In this document: in pieces, positions 55,298-64,000 of the stretch | Layout of the letters: each line of letters starts with the position of its first letter | Position numbering within the stretch: the stretch's first letter is position 1 | Origin: Octopus sinensis | Lineage: Eukaryota | Assembly (NCBI RefSeq): GCF_006345805.1 | Contig: NC_043001.1 | Location: 69,254,001 to 69,318,000, forward strand | Length of the DNA stretch: 64,000 nucleotides | Direction: 5' to 3' | Position numbers and translations under genes: made by a program | The notes under the pieces: model-generated | The model's database searches: none | Seen by the model: only the letters and a program-made list of their open reading frames with translations | What the model was told of the DNA's origin: nothing

Positions 55298-56773
55298 AGA
55301 TTCAAATGAATATGGTACTTAAGTTGTGGCAGCAGAATTAGTAAGATATTATCCACACAATTTCAAACTAATGTGATTAAAATCAAAATAAGCAACAATG
55401 ATATCCAGAGGTAATGCAGGATGATCGTTTCATGCAATTCCATTTAAGTGAACAATGCAATCATTACATCAATTTAAAATTCAGAGCAATCCTCAACTGC
55501 ACAAAGACATGAAATTTAATTAAATTAGAACAGATGGACACATTAGTAAAATTATACCTAAAATCTCCAAGAAGTTAAGGAGATAGAAGTTACTAAATTA
55601 TCAAGAAGTTATGCCTTGTTACTGTCTCTGCCTGTCACCGATTTCTTTGTTTTTATGGGGTCAGTTTTAATTTATAGAATAGTTTATCAAATCCTTGTAT
55701 ATCCAAGGATGAAAGAACAAAGGGCAGTATCTGGGGTAGGGCTGAGGGAGTAGACAGAAATCAAAGTTGGTGTAGTCATAAAAATCAAGATTCATTACAA
55801 TCAATATCTTGAGGTTTGGTTAAAAAAAAAAATGTAAGACAAGATGTTATCTGACAAGTGAAGGGGTTGCCCGTTAGCAGACCATTGATAATGAAAGTGG
55901 GGAAGTCTCATTATGTAGTACTATAGTTAAATATTTTAAATAATGTTGCTGTATTTAAAAGGTTAGGGTCATTCAGAAGATTCTTAAGAAGAATATTATA
56001 ACAAAAGGCTAGAAATTTATGAATACTTTTGAGTATATACCAAACTTTTACCACAATAGAGGGAGAAAATGAAATTATTCAGAAATATTTTAATATTTAT
56101 ACATATTGTACACTTAAATAATAACTTATCAGATGGTATCTGTGAATTTTGATTAATTGGTACATAATATTAACTGGTATTAATAAAAGAGCAGTTTTTT
56201 ATAAGTAGTGAATATACCAGTATAGTTTTATATAAGCTAAGTATGAATTTAGAGAGATACAAAACTTAGATTAATTTTATAAATAGATAAATAAATAAAG
56301 GTTAATTATAAAATAATAAAGAAATAAAATAAAAATAATCAAGTAGGGCAGAACACCATAGAAGAGGAATAAAATATATTAATTACTAATACTATGGTAA
56401 AGTATATGTAGCTTATTAACACCAATAGATAAGATTTACAGAAAAAGAATAATAATTCAAAATATATTAGACTAAAAATTATATATTTACTTATTTAGCT
56501 AATATCAATAAAAGACTGATGTCTGGTATCAGCTAAAGGAATATTTAAATTATGGAACATTCATATTTTACACTAATTAAAAAAAAAAAACTAAGGGTTA
56601 TATTATAGGCTTAAGAAATTATTATTGTTACTCCCTACATGATATTTATAGTTTCTTAGTGGTACTTGTTTAGAAGGGTTATTTATATAAAGGCCCTTAG
56701 AAATACTAAGATCAGGAGGGTAGAGCCATTTAAGAAAGAGATAAATCAAGTAATTTCTATTTGTTAATATATA

Positions 56774-57170
56774 GGCGCAGGGTGGCTGTGTGGTAAGTAG
56801 CTTGCTTACCAACCACGTGGTTCCGGGTTCAGTCCCACTGCGTGGCATCTTGGGCAAGTGTCTTCTGCTATAGCCTCGGGCCGACCAATGCCTTGTAAGT
56901 GGATTTGGTAGACGGAAACTGAAAGAGGCCCGTCGTATATATGTATATATGTGTGTATGTATATGTTTGTGTGTCTGTGTTTGTCCCCCTAGCATTGCTT
57001 GACAACTGATGCTGGTGTGTTTACGTCCCCGTCACTTAGGGGTTCGGCAAAAGAGGGCGATAGAATAAGTACTGAGCTTACAAAGAATAACTCCCGGGGT
57101 CGATTTGCTCGACTAAAGGCGGTGCTCCAGCATGGCCGCAGTCAAATGACAGAAACAAGTAAAAGAAAAA
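56774..57170 (+). mobile_element. tRNA-derived SINE family B, near consensus
   Basis: A box TGGCTGTGTGG, B box GGTTCAGTCCC, CTTGGGCAAG core, internal microsatellite, full tail. Confidence 0.9.
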
Positions 57171-57254
57171 ATATAATCAGCATGTTTCTCAATACCTTTT
57201 GCCAATACTCCTTTATTAATACCAGTATATACCAATTAATTAATAGTGACAAAA

Positions 57255-57292
57255 CTGTCCGACGAACGGGAACGTGAAACTCTGAGTAACAG
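57255..57292 (+). ncRNA. Minimal type I hammerhead-like motif with U4C core
   Basis: CUGU-CCGACGA-ACG GGAA CGU-GAA-ACUC U GAGU-A/ACAG; all three helices pair. Confidence 0.6.
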
Positions 57293-58057
57293 CTTTTGTT
57301 ATATCTCTGCTGCATTTAAATAAAGTACATTCATATATATAACATATAATATAATATAATATATATATATACATATATACAAATACTTAAATACACACTA
57401 AATCATGTGCAAAAAGTTAACCTTATTAAATAAACTACTTTTTTTCAACTTCAATATATGTTTACAAAACCTATCTATATTGTTAGTTATATAGCTTCAT
57501 CCATAGTTGTATTTTCAAATAAACTGCATAGCCATCATTTTTATTCGTACTGAATAATTTAAGAAAACCTAGTATTAAAAATTGTTTTGGAATACCTGCA
57601 AAAACATAAACGCTCAAACAAAAATCTATTATATGTTATCGTTCGTACGTTATCATTCGTATGCCTGTATGCCACATCGTGAAACTTGAAGTTTCTACAC
57701 CTCAAGTATTCTGGCTTCGGCTTGGACACCGACAATATTGATAGCGCAGTATTCGTGTCGAGTGCTTCTCTGGAATTGCCGTAACTTCACACACCGTCTG
57801 ACCTTAGACTTTTGCTCTATACTGAATACATACATATATGGCTTTGTGTCTATGTTTGTTCCCCACAACCGCTGGACCAGCTGTGTTGATGCGTTTACAT
57901 CACCGTATCTGAGCGGTTAGGCAAAAGGGACGATTTCATAAAGACTCAGCTTAATGGGGCGATTTGTTTGACTAAACACATTCAAGGAGGTGCCCCAGTA
58001 TAGTCGCAGTCAAATCAATGAAAGAAAATATGAAAATGATAAAAGATATATCCATAT

Positions 58058-58142
<85 letters not shown>

Positions 58143-58715
58143 TATGCATATATATCTTCCTATATATATCTAACTTAATACATACATATATATATATATA
58201 TGTATATATACATACATCCACACACACATGCGCGCGCACACACACACACGCATATATATATGCGAGACACACACGCGCTCACTCATATACTTTCAAAAAA
58301 TTTATTATAATAAAATCAAAGCAAATAATGAGCATTTAATACATGCATTGCAGATTATATTATGTAACACATCTAGATAATAGGAAATATATCCCTTACG
58401 CGAGACCTTCTGAAATTAATACATTACATATTGTATTCACTGCGAAGGGTCTTGCACAATGGATGTATTTTCTATAACATATTTCACAATGATCTGAAAC
58501 TTACTTATTAAATGATTTCAAAATATCGTTATTTGTTTTGATTTTCACTCCTATAACTCATACCACATTATGCCTGTTCCATCTTGCCAGTCCTCTACTA
58601 CACTGAGGTGGAAATTCTAACCAGTTTGTTAGATCTGCCTCGTGTCAAAATGCAATCATCATACATAGCTTCTAAGAGAAACATACGTACGTACATACAT
58701 ACATACATACATACA

Positions 58716-58746
<31 letters not shown>

Positions 58747-58832
58747 CTGTCTGTCTGATCGTATATCTAGCTGTCTATCTATCTGTTTGTCTCTGCCCGT
58801 CTCTTTCTATCTATCTCTCTATCTACTTATGA

Positions 58833-58879
<47 letters not shown>

Positions 58880-59081
58880 TCAAAGAGAGAGAGAGAGAGA
58901 GGCAGATAGAGTGTTAGATAGATAGATACATAAATAAATACATACATACATACATAGAGTGAGAGAGAAAGAGATGTATACATATACGTGTGTTTGTGTG
59001 CGTGTTTATGTATACTTGTGTGCTTGTGTGTGTGTGTGTGTGTATGTGTGTGTGTGTGTGTGTGTGTAACTATTTTCTCAG

Positions 59082-59213
59082 TGTTACTGTCAACATAATA
59101 TAATGAAGTTTACCCTTGCCATACCTTTGTGGATCTGCATCCAATTGCATTATTAACACTTACTGAAGAGAACGCAAATAATCAAACTGGTGAAGCTTGC
59201 ATAGAAAACAAAG
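59082..59213 (+). other. Candidate first coding exon of a secreted protein (needs one extra base)
   Basis: Acceptor TATTTTCTCAG, ATG at 59103 with A at -3, signal-peptide-like MKFTLAIPLWICIQ, phase-1 donor G|GTATTT; the frame is broken at about 59145. Confidence 0.3.
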
Positions 59214-59835
59214 GTATTTAACACTTCTGTGTTTATAACACTTTTCGTATATGTCCATATATTTAGACGTGTCTGCATATGTATATTATATTGTATTATA
59301 ATTATGCAATTTCATGTGCGCGCTATCTCGCGTGTGTCCGCCCGAACGTGGTTAGCGTACATGATCTTCGGGTGTGTTTATTACCATTGTCATAAACTTC
59401 CATATTAAAAATTACTTGAGACCTACAGAATATTACAGCAATGACTGACAATCACCAAAAGAAAATACTTCGGATATAAGGCGATGCAAGACGCCCATAT
59501 TAGCAAAACCACCATGTTTCTATTCGACTAAACTTCTTTCCACAAGTTCAAACGATAACTAAGGTCACCTCACTTTTACTGGTGTTTCAACAACACCATG
59601 CAGGAACTCGGAATGTATAATTCACCACACTATTATCATTACCGTTGACGCTGCACTAGGTTATCTGTACTCTTATATGATGACGTATTTTCTGGTTCCT
59701 TTGAAGTCAATCCCCGTCACTAGGCTAAGCTGGCAGCAGTGTTGTCGGGACTCACCAAACTATGCAAGCTCGGATTGTGGGTGATCCGATTTTGCATGGC
59801 GATGTAATGCATGTTAATATTTGCTGTGCATCTAA

Positions 59836-60048
59836 GACAGCGAGCTGGCAGAATTATTAGCACTCCAGGCAAAATACTTAGCGGCATTTCGTCCGTCTTT
59901 ACGTTCTGGGATGAAATACTGCCGGGTTCGATTTTGTCATTCATCCTTTCGCGGTCGGTAAAATAAGTGCTAGTTGAGCATTGAAGTGGATTTAATAGAC
60001 TGAACGCCTCCTTCGAAATCGGTGACCATGTGCCAAAATTTGAAACTA
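59836..60048 (+). mobile_element. Diverged SINE family D
   Basis: GCGAGCTGGCAGAA..TTAGCGGCATTTCGTCCG..CATCCTTTCG.GGTCG.TAAAATAAGT. Confidence 0.75.
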
Positions 60049-61464
60049 CATTTCTTCTATATATGTGTATGTATATTCTACGTTTAATTATTTGAGCTCT
60101 TCATGCAAAGAAAGTACTCCCTTCTAAGTAACAAAGCTCCATCATTCACATATTGATAACAAACGCATTATCACATCTGAACCTGCGAAAAGTTTTTATT
60201 TCGCTGTTCAACGTACATATTTCTCTTTTTCATATGGTTGTTTGCTGGTTAATTTATTTTTCCGAAAACCCTAGATGTTTCAGATTGGCACTTAGGCATT
60301 TACTTACAAAACCAACTGCATCAATTATTTTCTCTCATAAAAATTGAGCACCTTCAATTTCTTTTCGATGGCACTTTCCCAAATGCTGGTTTAAAAACGG
60401 CAAGCCACGTTAGAGAGAACCGATATTCTCAACTACAGTTTTGTAGCTGCACGTAGATACATATATTTTATAGCACTCTGTCACTCTCCAATCAGTTCTC
60501 GTTAAGATGCAAAGATACAAAAGCATTATATAACGTAAAGAAAATACTGAACTCGAGTTAAAGAAATCGGCAAGTCACCAGTCGATATTTCGAGTGTCCG
60601 TATGACATGAACTTGTGACCCAAACTATACTAACTCCTAATTATAGATATTAGATTATATCAAAATTGTTAACATTAATATCAAAGATCGTCACTTCCAA
60701 TCAACAAATTTCTGATTCTGTCATTGTCATTTATAAATATATTACCGTTATATAAATTCGTTTGACTAAACATTTCAATATCACATCAAACAGGCTTAAA
60801 ACTAGTTTATAATATAGACGTAATAAAATGATAATGTATAACCTAATATATTGATTTCTCTTTTCCGGTACAAAAGACTGGATATTGTAGGTATAGTAGT
60901 GTTATATCGCACGTTCGGATGACCTCTACTCAACCCTCGACGTCTAGACTTCTCCCTCTATATCTACGTATTGGGCTAGCCTACTTCATCGTCTGGGGGC
61001 GTCGACACAACAAGTAGGCAAATGAAGCATGTTGGAAGTAATACCCTGCTGAGAATAATGAGATGACTTGGGTATCCAACTACTGAAATCTATCGGGATC
61101 GCGGCATGCCAGAAAGTATTTTCTAATTTCGTGGCAAACCTAGCAAGGTTCTTGTTACTTTGAAAAGACAGTTTTTAAGAAGTACATATGCATAGATATA
61201 CATACACACATACTCAAAAACATACATCTATAGACATACACGACAATGCATGCCAGTGGCTTGGAAAAAGATTTAGTTCACACATCTTTTAGAGTATGTG
61301 CTTTGTTTGAAGAGATCAGAGGGTATTATATTTACAGTATTTTTCCAGGCTAAATTCACCTGTTATTATTCATTAATCTATAAAACGTCTTATAGCTCTT
61401 TGAATGTCACAAGTTTGTGACAGCAACGGCTGTCAAGTACTGTGACGACAGGCACAAACGCAAA

Positions 61465-61537
<73 letters not shown>

Positions 61538-62411
61538 CGTATATACGAGTTAGTCTCGGGGCTATAGTGTTAGATACTTGCCCATGGTGCCACGCAATAG
61601 GACTGAATCCGCAACTATGTTGTTGGGAAGCAAAGTTAATACATTTACTACATGAAAGGATATCACAATGCCCCTGCGCATAGGAACTTTTTTTACATAA
61701 TTCTTTTGAACGCAAAGAATGACTGGTACTTCCAAGTAACTTTTAGTCTTGAAGAGTGTTTTCTTTACTTTTTTAACCAATATTCTACCCACTATTATTT
61801 ATAGTTTCCGCTTCGAATTCGCTGTAAACATAAATGCCTTTTATCGAATTAAAAAAAATATTATGGAAATAACTTGAAATATTGCTGTTAATAACAAACA
61901 TTCTTAAGATAAAATGGATGAAGAAAATGCAGTTTCGATTTGGCGTAATGTTTAGCAGGCCAGTTATCTTTACTCAAGATTCTAATTCATGTTTCACGGA
62001 CAGCTTTCGTCCCCTCCCCGCCTTTTCTTTCCAAGGGATCTTGTAACTCAATATTCTATTGTATGTTATTATTTTTAACTTCATCTATTTTGGGTCCCCT
62101 TGTAAAAAATAATATATATTAATACATATATATATTTAGATTATATATATATATATATATATATATATACAAGATAAGAAAATGGAGAAATACATCAAAT
62201 CAAATATCAATTACCAGATAATACTCAATCACATACTTTATTAAACCACCACATAAGAGACTGTAGGGTTAAACATAAAAAAGCAGAACAAATCAGTGTA
62301 CATAAAAGGAATGTACATAAAAAAGTGTACGTAAAAGAGTGATGTTGTATAATAAGTAGAATATATATAAAGAGAATATACATATAAGTAAATATAAATA
62401 TAAGTATAGAC

Positions 62412-62544
62412 TACATCTTACAGCTGTTTTGGCCATGTAAATAAGTATGTCTCATTTTACCAATATTGGCCTTTTATGGTAGGTCAATATATAGATATAA
62501 ATGAGACATTTACAAAAATATCATAGGGCCTCCTCGGAGATATA
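62412..62544 (-). ncRNA. Degenerate type I hammerhead-like motif with extended helix II
   Basis: UAUAUCU-CCGAGGA-GGCC...GGCC-AAA-ACAGCUGU-A/AGAUGUA; 7-bp helix I; U4C and G12A; internal GUCUCAUUU/AAAUGAGAC pairing. Confidence 0.55.
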
Positions 62545-62699
62545 CATATACATATGAGTGCATATACTCACACTCCTATAGATATACATAATAATGTAAA
62601 TAAATAATATAAATTAGTCAACATATATACGTTCCATATTCAATGTTTAAGTTCTTCAACTTAATATTGTGATAATAAACATACACATATTAGTACCTA

Positions 62700-62876
62700 G
62701 ATGCAAATATACACAGTCAATAGTACATTATATTACTTCCTACTAATTTCCAAAGTGTCATTAAAGTTAGCATCATTATCGTTGTCAGATGCAAATATAC
62801 ACAGTCAATAGTACATTATATTACTTCCTACTAATTTCCAAAGAGCCATTGAAGTTAGCATCATTATCATTGTCAA
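62700..62876. repeat. Tandem duplication of about 88 bp
   Basis: GATGCAAATATACACAGTCAATAG..CATCATTATC.TTGTCA present twice. Confidence 0.9.
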
Positions 62877-63761
62877 TACAATTAATGTTATCATTATTAT
62901 CATTCATAATATTATTAATAACGCTTACATTAGGATCCGAAGTGGCACATATGTATGTCCTGTTTCAAGTTAGTAATTTTCCTTATGACATAAATATACT
63001 ATTGGATTTGAATTTAAATTATCATTGTCATCATCATGGTTGGTCCGTATAGAGCCACCTGATCTCCACCACACCGCACAAGAAAAACATACACATCAAC
63101 ATCCAACCCTAAACCCACAAGTCCACATAAATACCCACACATACATGCACACACACACGAATACACCCCGACACATCTCTACACATTCACTAGATTGCAG
63201 AGTGCATGTCTGTCATCGCATGGTTTATAGACAAATCAGTACAGGCAGCAGTGTATATACACTAACACACACACTCACACGAACATCCGCATATACTCAT
63301 AAATGTTAATACACTCTTATATACTATATCAGGGAACATTCGCACACACATATATACATATTTCAATATATGTCTGCGCACTCATACGTACAAATAAAAC
63401 CTATACTTATATCCACCCATGAATAAATATTTGCATATACATATATACATATCAAAATACGCACCTGCGTACTCATATGTATAAGAAAAACATACATCCG
63501 TACATCCACCTACGAACATACCTGTACGCACAAAAACATACATACGTACACCTCCACATTTTCACACACCTCGACACCTCTACCCACATCCACTAAATCA
63601 AAATTAAAATATATGTCTGCCCATTCAAAGACGTATATATACATACACAAAAAGTAAACAGAAGTTACTATTAACTTAGATATAAGTTCATTAATTATAA
63701 ATTAAATTGATTATAAGTTAGTAAGTGCCAAATAAACAAAAATAAATAATTAAATAAATAA

Positions 63762-63803
<42 letters not shown>

Positions 63804-64000
63804 AGAGCAATAAAGATTCAAGTTAATTTAAAAAATTTACTTGAATATGGTACCTAACTTAGATGCACCAAAAAAAACTATACTGATTTAACAATACAGT
63901 AATGTGGGGTGATTATAAGCGAGAAAGAAGCAACAAGAATGGATAGGTTTTTAGTACGATCGTTTCATACAAGGACAGGTTTTATTAAAAGTTGCAAAGA

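Noticed and set aside
55900-56700. Very AT-rich stretch resembling a mitochondrial insertion
   Set aside because: No recognisable mitochondrial gene, rRNA or tRNA motif; more likely decayed TE sequence.
56774-56845. tRNA genes at SINE heads (also 1520-1587, 10428-10500, 31470-31548)
   Set aside because: A/B boxes are present but there is no complete cloverleaf, and each continues into a repeated SINE body.
63945-64000. 3' half of a hammerhead on the minus strand (GAAACGAUCGUA)
   Set aside because: No CUGANGA within the window, so it cannot be called; mentioned only as a palindrome example.

Overview
AT-rich eukaryotic genomic DNA, densely packed with (TA)n/(TG)n/(GA)n/(TCTA)n microsatellites and transposon remnants. 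The SINE families and repeat landscape suggest an octopod cephalopod (inference, not verified). I found no intact host gene, rRNA, tRNA gene or CRISPR array, and most ORF-track entries are microsatellite read-throughs. The first 10.7 kb is a nest: a 5'-truncated R4/Dong-type RT, a (TTA)n tract, a decayed near-full-length Tx1/L1 LINE carrying a SINE with an 11-bp TSD, a Penelope-like element (RT plus GIY-YIG) with a fold-back 5' end, and an inverted copy of part of that element. That inverted copy is fused to a 479-bp tandem array in which every unit carries the same minimal type I hammerhead ribozyme with a palindromic helix III. This retrozyme-like or pLTR-like array is the most interesting object in the window. 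Several other unrelated minimal hammerhead motifs, each with a different helix III palindrome, are scattered across the window. Also present: a second Penelope-like element with inverted terminal repeats, mariner, pogo/Tigger, hAT MITE, Helitron and RTE fragments, many SINEs, an unidentified decayed ORF with tentative YqaJ-like motifs, and a possible signal-peptide exon.
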